DNA of 64,000 nucleotides from an uncultured Bacteroidota bacterium (GCA_902559035.1 CACEGG010000002.1:51846-115845), one strand, 5' to 3'; positions 47,753-56,569 are shown, numbered from the stretch's first letter. Notes: generated by a model not told the origin, from the sequence alone. Program-made: numbers and translations.

Positions 47753-49099
47753 TTAAAAAATAATTTTAGTATTTAATCTATAAACCACCTGCCTTGAATC
47801 AGACTGTTTCGCAGTTTTCATAATTAATTCAAGTTTAAAGGTTTCTTCAAACTTAACGTTCAGATCGTTTATAGCCTTGTTTTTTCTTTTAATGTTAGCA
47901 TCTTCACTAAGCTCAGGTTTTTTAAAATAGTTTAAGAAAAAAACATTATCAACCTGATTGTTTTTAGAGCTTGATAATAATTCAATAATAAACTTTTCGT
48001 CAGTTGATATATTCATAGACTTGTTTAGTCCAGTTAAAGTACTATTGTTAATTACAAAGTAAAAAGTATCCCGTTTAAATTTAAGAAAAGTAAAAACAAC
48101 CAATATAAAACAGAAAAATAAAACCACTACAAAATAGGACACAAACAAATTATAATCGTTTGTAAGAAAAGCTTCGCTTTCTAAAACTAAACCATCATAA
48201 AAGTCTTTTACAATTAGTGTTTCATAGGCTCTGTCTGCTGTCAAACTAGTATAAATTATTTTATCTCCAACATTTATAGCATTTGTTTTAACCTGAATTA
48301 AATTTTCATTAATATAGTTTTTTACAGAATTCTTTGAAGGCTCAATAACAACTAAGCTTTTGCTAAGAAGGTTTTTTTGTAAAAATCTTGTTGAGCCAAA
48401 CGGAATAGTTAGGTCTATATTCTTTCTGTTTATATCATCATAAAACAAACGGTTTAAGGATCCTTTCTTTTCCCACGTTAAACTACTCAAGTTTAATTCA
48501 TAAGTGTTGTTGTTTTTGACATCTATATCGTCTGCTTTTTGATAAAAATCAAAAACATATAAAATATCGTTTTCAACTACAAACGAGCCTGCATTAATTC
48601 CCAGTTCAGGGACCTGTCCTCTGGTTTCAATATAATCCCACTCTTTAGTTTGGAAGTTAAATTTAGTCAACAAGCTATTACTCCTCCAATATCCATATCC
48701 TCCCATCAAATAGGGAGTGTTTTTATAGGTGAAAAAGTGCCCAGAAAATTGATTTCTGTGGGGAAAACTTTCGTCAATTCTTATAATACTATTATCTCTG
48801 TATTCAAATAACAGCCCTCCACCGGGATATAGAAAATAGACTATCCCATCGCTTGAAACAGTCCATTTAAGATCTCTAAAAGGTATGTTTTTTATTTCTG
48901 ATGGTAAGGGATTAGAGTACTCAAAAAAAACTTTATTAAGCCCATTGTTTTGAATAGTAAATTCATAAACGCCAGTTTTGGTAAAAGAATAAAATGAAAG
49001 GGAGTCTTTTGAAACTAGAGATTGTCCTGATGGAAGATTTTCTTGTGAAAACATAACCCAACAAAACAAACTTGAAAATAAAAACAGTAATTTTTTCAT
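47753..49099 (-). CDS. paralog 1: signal peptide + Kelch-like ectodomain + single TM + C-terminal winged-helix-like domain; function unknown
   Basis: Signal peptide MKKLLFLFSSLFCWVMFSQ, a GGYGYW Kelch-like motif, and a TM at about aa 317-339 followed by KFKR (positive-inside). The C-terminal 110 aa read ..DEKFIIELL...NIKRKNKAINDLNVKF...SDSRQVVYRL. The start overlaps the upstream WecA-like stop by 4 nt. Confidence 0.5.
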   Translation of the reverse strand: MKKLLFLFSSLFCWVMFSQENLPSGQSLVSKDSLSFYSFTKTGVYEFTIQNNGLNKVFFEYSNPLPSEIKNIPFRDLKWTVSSDGIVYFLYPGGGLLFEYRDNSIIRIDESFPHRNQFSGHFFTYKNTPYLMGGYGYWRSNSLLTKFNFQTKEWDYIETRGQVPELGINAGSFVVENDILYVFDFYQKADDIDVKNNNTYELNLSSLTWEKKGSLNRLFYDDINRKNIDLTIPFGSTRFLQKNLLSKSLVVIEPSKNSVKNYINENLIQVKTNAINVGDKIIYTSLTADRAYETLIVKDFYDGLVLESEAFLTNDYNLFVSYFVVVLFFCFILVVFTFLKFKRDTFYFVINNSTLTGLNKSMNISTDEKFIIELLSSSKNNQVDNVFFLNYFKKPELSEDANIKRKNKAINDLNVKFEETFKLELIMKTAKQSDSRQVVYRLNTKIIF

Positions 49100-49761
49100 T
49101 TAAAAAAAATATAATAAATCAAGCCAAGAATCAATAAGGTTAAAGCAACGCTTCCAATTAGCCCAAGGCTTAAAAACAAAAGACAGTTTAATAAGAGAAT
49201 TAAAACCGAAAGAATGAAGATTAACAACGAGGCTTGCCAATGTTCATAGCCTTTATCGGCCAACCTATGGTGTAGGTGTATTCTATCAGCGACAAATGGA
49301 GATTGGTTGCGATATGCTCTAATAGTGAATGCACGTAAAGTATCAACTAATGGATAAATTAACATCAAAACAGTTAAAAATGGCCTAGAAATAAAAGAGT
49401 CCGTTATTATACTGTTTTCTGTATCGAGAATGTAAAAAATCAAAAAACTCATAATAGACCCTAAAAACAAAGACCCTGTATCACCTAAAAACACTTTGTT
49501 TGTTCGGTTAAAATTAAAAGTTAAAAAACCAATTAGAGCTCCAATTATTATAGGGAAAAAAAGAAACAATTTTGAGTCCGCAATTAAAATGATTCCCCCA
49601 GAAACTAAAAAAAACTTAATAGATAAAAACGATGCAAGCCCATCGAGTCCATCAATTAAGTTTAGTGCATTAACCACCACGACAAACACAAAAAGAGAAA
49701 CAAAAGCAGAAAGCCAATAAGGCAGTTCAAAAAACCCCAAAAACCCCATGAAAAGAATCAA
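49096..49761 (-). CDS. WecA/MraY-family (GT4) polyprenyl-phosphate sugar-1-phosphate transferase, C-terminal fragment
   Basis: NALNLIDGLDGLA and FLGDTGSLFLG motifs in a multi-TM protein. The tracked start is TTG, inside the overlap with the upstream fragment. Confidence 0.75.
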   Translation of the reverse strand: MILFMGFLGFFELPYWLSAFVSLFVFVVVVNALNLIDGLDGLASFLSIKFFLVSGGIILIADSKLFLFFPIIIGALIGFLTFNFNRTNKVFLGDTGSLFLGSIMSFLIFYILDTENSIITDSFISRPFLTVLMLIYPLVDTLRAFTIRAYRNQSPFVADRIHLHHRLADKGYEHWQASLLIFILSVLILLLNCLLFLSLGLIGSVALTLLILGLIYYIFFK

Positions 49762-50122
49762 TGTAGTACCCAGATTGAATCATTAAGATACCTGCAAAGA
49801 TTTGTAAAAATAATTTTTCTCTATATCGAACTTCAATTAGATCATCAGCAAAACCGGTCAGCGTCATAAAAAACACGCTTAATAACACATACAAGGGAAA
49901 AGAAAGCTCATTGGTTGCAACCGCAAAAGCAGAGGCAATACAAACTGTAAAAAAAACCGATAGGCCACCTGATCTAGTTGCAGGATAATTATGCGAAGAC
50001 CTTTCATTGATTGGGTCTGTAAGCTTATTTCCAACAAAAAGCCTATTCAAATATCCGTTTAGATACAAAGAGACCATTAAGGTTAACGAAAAAAAAGTCA
50101 CATAATAAATTAAGTCAGTCAT
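49727..50122 (-). CDS. WecA/MraY-family transferase, N-terminal fragment
   Basis: TGFADDLIEVRYREKL (the DDxxD-type Mg site of the family). It ends at a TGA created at the A6 run 49729-49734. Confidence 0.75.
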   Translation of the reverse strand: MTDLIYYVTFFSLTLMVSLYLNGYLNRLFVGNKLTDPINERSSHNYPATRSGGLSVFFTVCIASAFAVATNELSFPLYVLLSVFFMTLTGFADDLIEVRYREKLFLQIFAGILMIQSGYYIDSFHGVFGVF

Positions 50123-50144
50123 AATTATTATTTATTTTTAAAAT

Positions 50145-51563
50145 ATGTTTAAACACGCTGTTGTAGTTTTTCTATTGTTTTTTTTGAATATAATTTCGTC
50201 TCAAGAGTATGCTCTTCCAAACGATATTGGCGAAAACTTTGTTTTTTTCAAAGATAAAGACTCTAAAATTCATCTTTTAAAAAACAACATTGATTATGTT
50301 TTTGAAAATAAAAAGTGGAAGAAAAATGTTTTATCTTACGAAACCTCATTTAGAGACAGCAGTATTGTTTTTTATAAAAAAGGGTTTAACAATGTAAGTT
50401 TTAAATCAATTAATACTGAAACTAAAACTTTTCTAATTTTAAATGGCGGAGGACCTGTATTACAGATTGAAAAAGACAAGATCATTAGAATAGACAATTC
50501 TGTTGAACAAAAAAATCAGTTTGGCGCAGCTATTTTTGAACACAATAATCAGTTACATATGCATGGCGGATATGGGTTTTGGACGTTTAAAGACTATACC
50601 ACTTATTTTGATGCGACAACAAACCAATGGGAGCTTTGCGTATTTGACCCTAAACCAAATTTAAAACCCAGATGGAAATCAATCTTTCATAAAACAGAAA
50701 ACAACTTATATGTATTAGGCGGCAGGGCTTCCCGTATTGAAAATCAGCGCATAGACGCAGCTATAAAAGACGTTTTTAAAATAGATTTTCAAACAAAGAG
50801 CGTTGAGTTGTTTGAGTCGGGCTTCAACCCACAAATTCCAATAACATCAAGTGCTTTTCAAGGGGTTAAGATCAATAATCAAAAAGCCTACCTTAATCAT
50901 TTTGATCTTGTTGTTTTTGATTTTGAAAAAAATTCTGTAACAGAGTATGACACGGCAGAGTTTTTTAAAAACAAATATCCAAATACACCTGTATTAAGCG
51001 CTAAAGACTCAATTGTTTTTATAAATAATAGACAGGACGTCAAAACAATTAAATTTATTCCAGTTCAACAGGCTTTACAAAACCCTTTAAAAACAATTGC
51101 TATTTTTAATCTTGACAACCCTGGATTTCCTTATAAAAAAACACTTGCATTTGTTTCAGCTGTTTTGATAGCTTTCTTTTTATATTTTCTCTTTGGCTAT
51201 AAGGACTATATTAACAAATTGGTTCATCATGACGATCAGTGGTTGTACTATGCAAACAACAAAATGTTAGTTTCAAAAGATCAAAGCATGACTATTGAGC
51301 TTTTAGAGAAAAACGGTCAATTTTCTTCTACAGAACTAAATAAGATAATTTGCAAAAACAAATCATACGCTAAATCTCACTTAACTCACCTAAGGCAAAC
51401 GTTTATTGAAAGTTTAAACTTGGCTTATCATAATCTTACAGGCTTTAGTGAACCGTTAATAAGCTCAACCAAAAACCCAGCAGATAAAAGGCAATTAATT
51501 TATTTTGCAGGGAATAAAATATTAAAGAAGAAGTCCTTTATTGAATTTGTTTTCAACAAATAA
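50145..51563 (+). CDS. paralog 2: signal peptide + Kelch-like ectodomain + single TM + C-terminal winged-helix (OmpR/trans_reg_C-like) domain
   Basis: It shares IIRID.S....NQF and GGYG.W blocks with 47753..49099. The TM is at about aa 333-351, followed by YKDYINK. The C-terminus reads QSMTIELLEKNGQFSSTELNKII....SHLTHLRQTFIESLN...ADKRQLIYF, laid out like a helix-turn-helix plus wing. Confidence 0.5.
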   Translation: MFKHAVVVFLLFFLNIISSQEYALPNDIGENFVFFKDKDSKIHLLKNNIDYVFENKKWKKNVLSYETSFRDSSIVFYKKGFNNVSFKSINTETKTFLILNGGGPVLQIEKDKIIRIDNSVEQKNQFGAAIFEHNNQLHMHGGYGFWTFKDYTTYFDATTNQWELCVFDPKPNLKPRWKSIFHKTENNLYVLGGRASRIENQRIDAAIKDVFKIDFQTKSVELFESGFNPQIPITSSAFQGVKINNQKAYLNHFDLVVFDFEKNSVTEYDTAEFFKNKYPNTPVLSAKDSIVFINNRQDVKTIKFIPVQQALQNPLKTIAIFNLDNPGFPYKKTLAFVSAVLIAFFLYFLFGYKDYINKLVHHDDQWLYYANNKMLVSKDQSMTIELLEKNGQFSSTELNKIICKNKSYAKSHLTHLRQTFIESLNLAYHNLTGFSEPLISSTKNPADKRQLIYFAGNKILKKKSFIEFVFNK

Positions 51564-51615
51564 CTTCACGGCTTCGCCAATGCCCCCCCCAATTAAAAAA
51601 AACAAAACAGCATTT

Positions 51616-52086
51616 TTAAACAACAGCAACAACCCTGGTGGTATCTAAAGAGAGCTTTACTTTTATTGAATTCATCAATAAAATCAGAAAATTACTCTCA
51701 ACACTATCAACAAGACCATTTTTGTTTTTTAAAACACCTGACAAAACTTTAACTGTATCTCCAGCCCCAAAAGTAAAATCTTCATTGTAATGCTTTAAAC
51801 AATCTTTCATTGTTTGAATTTCTGACCCATGAATTTCGACAGCTTGTCCAAAACGCCTTACAACATTTCTAAGAAAAGGGTTTAAGTTTATAAAGGGATA
51901 GTCAACCTTTTCAAGCTTAAAAAAAACATAGCCAGAAATGGCCGGGGTAATAATTTTTTTTGTTCTATCAGACCACTGTCTTTTTTCTTCAAATACAGGC
52001 ACATAAGATTCAACTCCGTTTTTTTTAAAAAAATCGCTAGCTTTCACCTCACAGCGTGACTTAGTATGTGCTACAAACCATTTCAT
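51616..52086 (-). CDS. UpxY-family (NusG paralog) transcription antiterminator
   Basis: NGN-domain start MKWFVAHTKSRCE...YVPV....R.WSDR.K....P...GYVFF and a C-terminal KOW-like GDTVKVLSGVLKNKNG. The start is chosen at 52086 because a -7 box overlaps the longer ORF start. Confidence 0.75.
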   Translation of the reverse strand: MKWFVAHTKSRCEVKASDFFKKNGVESYVPVFEEKRQWSDRTKKIITPAISGYVFFKLEKVDYPFINLNPFLRNVVRRFGQAVEIHGSEIQTMKDCLKHYNEDFTFGAGDTVKVLSGVLKNKNGLVDSVESNFLILLMNSIKVKLSLDTTRVVAVV

Positions 52087-52095
52087 GACCTTCAT

Positions 52096-52103
52096 CAAAG
52101 ATA
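52096..52103 (-). promoter_or_regulatory. -7 box (TATCTTTG) for the UpxY-like gene
   Basis: The minus strand reads TATCTTTG-ATGAAGGTC-ATG, with the box 9 nt from the MKWF start. Confidence 0.45.
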
Positions 52104-52277
52104 ATAAATTAAAAATAAAAGAGACGTAAAAGGTTCGTTTTGTACTATTGTATTTGTAATCTGCTGATTGTAAGCAAATTAATGGTTCACTTTTTGCAAT
52201 TATAATAAAATTCGTTAGCGAATGTTTTGAAAACTTGATATAGGTAAAAATAAATCGAGATATACCATTTTCTTCAT

Positions 52278-52285
52278 TAAATTTG
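52278..52285 (+). promoter_or_regulatory. -7 box (TAAATTTG) 4 nt from the purD ATG
   Basis: TAAATTTG-TAAA-ATG. Confidence 0.5.
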
Positions 52286-52289
52286 TAAA

Positions 52290-53564
52290 ATGAATATACT
52301 TATTATTGGTTCAGGAGCGCGTGAGCACGCTTTTTGTTGGAAACTTGCTCAATCAAAAAAAACTGAAAAAGTTTATGTTGTTCCTGGAAATGCTGGGACC
52401 TCAGAACTAGCCACAAATCTAGACTTTGAAGTTTCTAAATTCAAAGATTTAAAACAGAATATTTTAAAACATAACATACAACTAGTTTTAGTTGGCCCTG
52501 AGATTCCTTTAATTAACGGAGTGGTTGACCAAATTAACAACGATAAAGAATTAAAGGATATTTTGGTCGTTGGACCTTCAAAAAAAGGAGCCCTATTAGA
52601 GGGCAGTAAGGATTTTTCTAAAGAATTCATGGAAAGACACAAAATTCCAACCGCTGGATATAAAACATTCAATACTGACACATTACATCTTGGCCTTAGT
52701 TATTTAGAGTCCGTTTCACCACCCTTCGTATTGAAAGCAGATGGACCTGCTGCAGGTAAAGGAGTTTTGATTTTAGACAACCTAGAGGATGCAAAAAAAG
52801 AACTAATTAGTATGCTCAAAAACAATAAGTTTGGATCATCCGGCCACAGAGTTGTAGTGGAAGAGTTTTTGGACGGAATAGAATTGTCGTGTTTTGTTTT
52901 GACAGATGGCAAATCGTATAAAATACTACCTAATGCCAAAGATTACAAAAGAATTGGAGAGGGAGACACGGGCCTAAATACTGGAGGAATGGGCTCTATT
53001 TCTCCTGTAAGTTTTGCCTCAAAGGAATTTTTAAAAAAAGTAGAAGATAGAATTATTATTCCAACAGTTAAGGGACTTCAAAAAGAAAATCTTCCCTACA
53101 AAGGATTCATTTTCATTGGTCTAATCATGGTTGATAATGATCCGTATGTCATAGAGTATAACGTAAGGATGGGCGACCCTGAGACGCAAGTTGTTTTGCC
53201 AAGAATTAAATCTGATTTTTTAGAACTGATGGTAAGAACAGCAAACCAAACCCTAAATAATTTTGACTTGCAAGTACACGAGGAGACGTATGCCAACATA
53301 GTAATGGTTGCTGGAGGATATCCAGAATCATATGAAAAAGGAAATCCAATAACAGGAATTCCCAAGGACAATGAAATTTCAAAAATATTTCATGCAGGGA
53401 CAAAAGAAATCGATAATAAGCTTTTTACAAATGGAGGAAGAGTTTTGTCTGTGGTCTCGAAAGGCTCTAACTTTAAACAAGCGTTATCAAAGTCATATGA
53501 AATAGCTGGAAAAATTGACTTTAAAGACAAAAATTACAGAAAAGATATAGGGTTTGATCTATAA
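52290..53564 (+). CDS. purD: phosphoribosylamine--glycine ligase
   Basis: MNILIIGSGAREHA, ATP-grasp motifs, and GDPETQ. Confidence 0.95.
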   Translation: MNILIIGSGAREHAFCWKLAQSKKTEKVYVVPGNAGTSELATNLDFEVSKFKDLKQNILKHNIQLVLVGPEIPLINGVVDQINNDKELKDILVVGPSKKGALLEGSKDFSKEFMERHKIPTAGYKTFNTDTLHLGLSYLESVSPPFVLKADGPAAGKGVLILDNLEDAKKELISMLKNNKFGSSGHRVVVEEFLDGIELSCFVLTDGKSYKILPNAKDYKRIGEGDTGLNTGGMGSISPVSFASKEFLKKVEDRIIIPTVKGLQKENLPYKGFIFIGLIMVDNDPYVIEYNVRMGDPETQVVLPRIKSDFLELMVRTANQTLNNFDLQVHEETYANIVMVAGGYPESYEKGNPITGIPKDNEISKIFHAGTKEIDNKLFTNGGRVLSVVSKGSNFKQALSKSYEIAGKIDFKDKNYRKDIGFDL

Positions 53565-53786
53565 AAAAGAGTGAGCAGAAGGGTCTTTGTCTTCCTCTCC
53601 AGTTTTATCAAATCCAACTAACTGAATCATCCAGTAGACTAGTAATGCGGAGATTATTATTATAAAAACAAAATTAATTCCATTAGCCAGTAACCAGCTT
53701 TTAAGCTCAAGAGATCTTAAAAAATCAAGAGGAGCAAATAAAATATCAACAAATAAAAATTCAATTAAGCCAAAAAAATCTTTCAT
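53559..53786 (-). CDS. small membrane protein, function unknown
   Basis: 75 aa with two hydrophobic segments and an acidic tail. It converges on and overlaps the purD stop. Confidence 0.4.
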   Translation of the reverse strand: MKDFFGLIEFLFVDILFAPLDFLRSLELKSWLLANGINFVFIIIISALLVYWMIQLVGFDKTGEEDKDPSAHSFL

Positions 53787-53803
53787 CTATTTTTAATTTG
53801 GAT

Positions 53804-53811
53804 CAAAAATA
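53804..53811 (-). promoter_or_regulatory. -7 box (TATTTTTG) for the small membrane protein gene
   Basis: The reverse complement of CAAAAATA, 17 nt upstream of the ATG at 53786. Confidence 0.35.
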
Positions 53812-53866
53812 ATAAATACTCAATTCAGATGCTACAAAATTTAAACTTTTTTAATCATTAAGTCAG

Positions 53867-53874
53867 TATATTTG
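53867..53874 (+). promoter_or_regulatory. -7 box (TATATTTG) for the DUF4254-GT9 pair
   Basis: Matches TAnnTTTG, 19 nt upstream of the ATG at 53894. Confidence 0.45.
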
Positions 53875-53893
53875 TTGTCATAAATTTATTATT

Positions 53894-54496
53894 ATGACCA
53901 GTAATCAGTTTTTTGAAGTTTTCGAGAAAAGCATTTTGGATTATCATATTTACGACTCTATAGAACAGGAAGCAAAAAACCCATACAACAAAGAGGATTT
54001 TAAATTTCTCCTTTACCAAAAAAATTGGATAGACACGGTTCAATGGCACTTAGAAGACATAATAAGAGATCCAAAAATTGATCCAAAGGAAGCTCTGAAA
54101 ATAAAGAGAATTATTGACGCTTCTAATCAGAAACGAACTGATTTAGTTGAATTCATCGATGGATACTTTTTACAAAAATATAAGAACGTTAAGGTTCTTG
54201 ATACAGCTACTATAAACACAGAAACAATTGCTTGGGCAATAGATAGGCTATCAATTTTGGCATTAAAAATCTTTCATATGAAGGAAGAGGCAAATAGAGA
54301 AAGTGCAGAAGAGAAACACAAGTTTAATTGCCAGAATAAGTTAGGTGTTTTAAAAGATCAGAAAAAAGATTTATGTGGAGCTATTGACCAACTGATTCAA
54401 GATATTGAAGAGGGGAAAAAATACATTAAGGTTTATAAACAGATGAAAATGTATAATGATGAAGATCTGAACCCTGTGCTTTATAAGACCAAGTAA
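53894..54496 (+). CDS. DUF4254-like protein
   Basis: About 200 aa with the WIDTVQWHLEDIIRDP motif. It lies immediately upstream of a GT9 gene, an arrangement I recall as typical of Bacteroidota. Confidence 0.5.
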   Translation: MTSNQFFEVFEKSILDYHIYDSIEQEAKNPYNKEDFKFLLYQKNWIDTVQWHLEDIIRDPKIDPKEALKIKRIIDASNQKRTDLVEFIDGYFLQKYKNVKVLDTATINTETIAWAIDRLSILALKIFHMKEEANRESAEEKHKFNCQNKLGVLKDQKKDLCGAIDQLIQDIEEGKKYIKVYKQMKMYNDEDLNPVLYKTK

Positions 54497-54502
54497 AAAC
54501 AA

Positions 54503-55534
54503 ATGAAACACCTGTTAGTTTTAAGATTTTCTTCGATGGGTGATGTTGCAATGATGATACCTGCACTAAGGTGTTTGAATAAATCTTATCCAGATCTTAA
54601 GATAACAATTGTTTCAAATAAATTATTCAAGCCCTTTTTTAATGAATTTGAAAATATTACTTTTTTTCAAGTAAATTTTAAATCTCAGTTCAAAGGAATT
54701 AAAGGATTGCTAAACCTTTTTAAAGAACTTGCTAATTTAAAGCCAACACACGTTGCTGATTTGCATTCCGTGATTAGAACACATGTTTTAACCTTTTTGT
54801 TCAGATCTAGATTTTATAAGGTTAAAAGAATAAATAAGCTGAGGTCTGATAAAAAAAAACTATTTAGAAAGAACAACAAGGTTTTGAAGCCCCTAGTTCC
54901 AACACAATACAGATATGCTGAGGTATTTTGTAAGTTGGGCTTTAATATTGATTTAACTAACCATAAGTTTCCTTTGCCAAAACCCCTTAGTATAGGTTCA
55001 AGGAATTTTATTTCAGACATAGATTCTAGTAAAAAACATATTGGAATTGCACCTTTTGCTTCATTTGTTGGAAAAATATACCCATTAGACTTAATGCAAA
55101 AAGTGGTTGCTTTTTTACAGCAAGATCACAATGTATTTTTATTTGGGAACGGGAAATATGAAACGGATATTTTAAAGGTTTGGGAAAATGCTTATCCAAA
55201 TGTTTTGGGATGTTATAACCTTGGTTCTTTAGAAATGGAATTAGAGATAATTTCAAATCTTAATGCAATGGTCTCGATGGATTCTGCTAATGGACATATT
55301 GCAGCAAACTACAATGTGCCGGTTATCTCTCTATGGGGCCTTACCCATCCTTTTGGTGGATATGCACCTTTATTGTCTATTCCGGAAAACATGTTAATGT
55401 CATCAAGAGAAAAATACCCACTTATCCCAACATCGGCCTATGGAAATAAAATGCCTAAAGGATATGAGGGTGTTATGAGAACAATTGATTATGGGGATGT
55501 AATTTTAGCAGTCAATAAAGCAATTAAGAACTAA
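54503..55534 (+). CDS. glycosyltransferase family 9 (heptosyltransferase-like)
   Basis: MKHLLVLRFSSMGDV start, and a C-terminal DSANGHIAA....P.ISLWG motif typical of GT9. Confidence 0.75.
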   Translation: MKHLLVLRFSSMGDVAMMIPALRCLNKSYPDLKITIVSNKLFKPFFNEFENITFFQVNFKSQFKGIKGLLNLFKELANLKPTHVADLHSVIRTHVLTFLFRSRFYKVKRINKLRSDKKKLFRKNNKVLKPLVPTQYRYAEVFCKLGFNIDLTNHKFPLPKPLSIGSRNFISDIDSSKKHIGIAPFASFVGKIYPLDLMQKVVAFLQQDHNVFLFGNGKYETDILKVWENAYPNVLGCYNLGSLEMELEIISNLNAMVSMDSANGHIAANYNVPVISLWGLTHPFGGYAPLLSIPENMLMSSREKYPLIPTSAYGNKMPKGYEGVMRTIDYGDVILAVNKAIKN

Positions 55535-56565
55535 ACATCATCAAAATCAATCGTGATTTCTTGTGTTTTGGGAACAGCCTGACAGGTTAACACCAGTCCT
55601 TCTTCAATTTCAGAATCTGTAAGTACATTATTTTGCAGCATGGAAGCAGATCCCGAGGAAACTTTAGCAATGCAAGAAGAACAAACCCCTCCTTGACAAG
55701 AATAAGGAACATCGATATTTTTTTGCAGGGCAGCATCAAGAATTGTCATGTTTTCAGGAACCTCTAGAGATAAAGTTTCATCATCATAAATTATCGTTGC
55801 TTTTGAGTTTTTACTTGAAACAGTAGTTTTTTCGGATGCCTCAGAATAAAATAATTCAAATAGAATTTGATTTTCGTTAAAAGATTTGTCTTTCAATAAT
55901 TCAGTTGCACTTTGGATCATTTTTTCAGGTCCGCATAATAGAACTTTTTCAAAATCTATTGAAGAGTGTTGTTTTAATACCTGATTTATAAATCCAGAGT
56001 CAATTCTACCAAAAAAGGAGTCAGGGTTGTTTTCTTGGCTGTAAATATTATATACAAAAAACCTGCCCTTAAACTCGTCTTTTAAAGCGCTTAATGAATC
56101 TTTAAACATCGTACTTCCAAGGGTTTTATTTCCATACCCCAACACAAATATGCTACTCGAGTTTTTCCTTAATTCATCTGAAGCTATTGATATGATAGGC
56201 GTGATGCCGCTACCCGCTGCAAAAGCAAGATAGTTGGCAGGGCTTTTGTCTAAAGTAAACCTTCCCTCAGGAAATGACACTTCTACAGTATCACCAACCC
56301 TTAAAGCATTGTTTACATAATTAGAATAAACACCATTTTTTATAGCCTTAACACCAACCTGAAGCTTTCCGCTTTGTGGATCACTACAAATGGAATAAGA
56401 CCTTTTTATCAGCTCTCCTTTTATTTTTGAGGAAAGTGTTAAATATTGGCCGGCTTTAAATTTATAAATAGAATTGATTTTTCCCTCTGTTTTAAAAGAC
56501 ACAACCACAGAATCAACAGTTTCTTGTTTTATATTGGATACTAATAAATGATTAGAATTTTTCAT
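55531..56565 (-). CDS. ferredoxin-NAD(P) reductase fused to a plant-type 2Fe-2S ferredoxin (PaaE/phthalate dioxygenase reductase-like)
   Basis: RSYSICS FAD motif, AAGSGITP NAD motif, and the C-terminal cluster CQGGVCSSC...C. Confidence 0.8.
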   Translation of the reverse strand: MKNSNHLLVSNIKQETVDSVVVSFKTEGKINSIYKFKAGQYLTLSSKIKGELIKRSYSICSDPQSGKLQVGVKAIKNGVYSNYVNNALRVGDTVEVSFPEGRFTLDKSPANYLAFAAGSGITPIISIASDELRKNSSSIFVLGYGNKTLGSTMFKDSLSALKDEFKGRFFVYNIYSQENNPDSFFGRIDSGFINQVLKQHSSIDFEKVLLCGPEKMIQSATELLKDKSFNENQILFELFYSEASEKTTVSSKNSKATIIYDDETLSLEVPENMTILDAALQKNIDVPYSCQGGVCSSCIAKVSSGSASMLQNNVLTDSEIEEGLVLTCQAVPKTQEITIDFDDV

Positions 56566-56569
56566 TGTT

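Noticed and set aside
52099-52289. Invertible promoter (Bacteroides-style inverted repeats) upstream of the UpxY gene
   Set aside because: Only a 5-bp hairpin (ATTCG-ttag-CGAAT, 52210-52223) and a short GTTTTGAAAAC palindrome are present. There are no long inverted repeats flanking a promoter-sized segment and no nearby recombinase.
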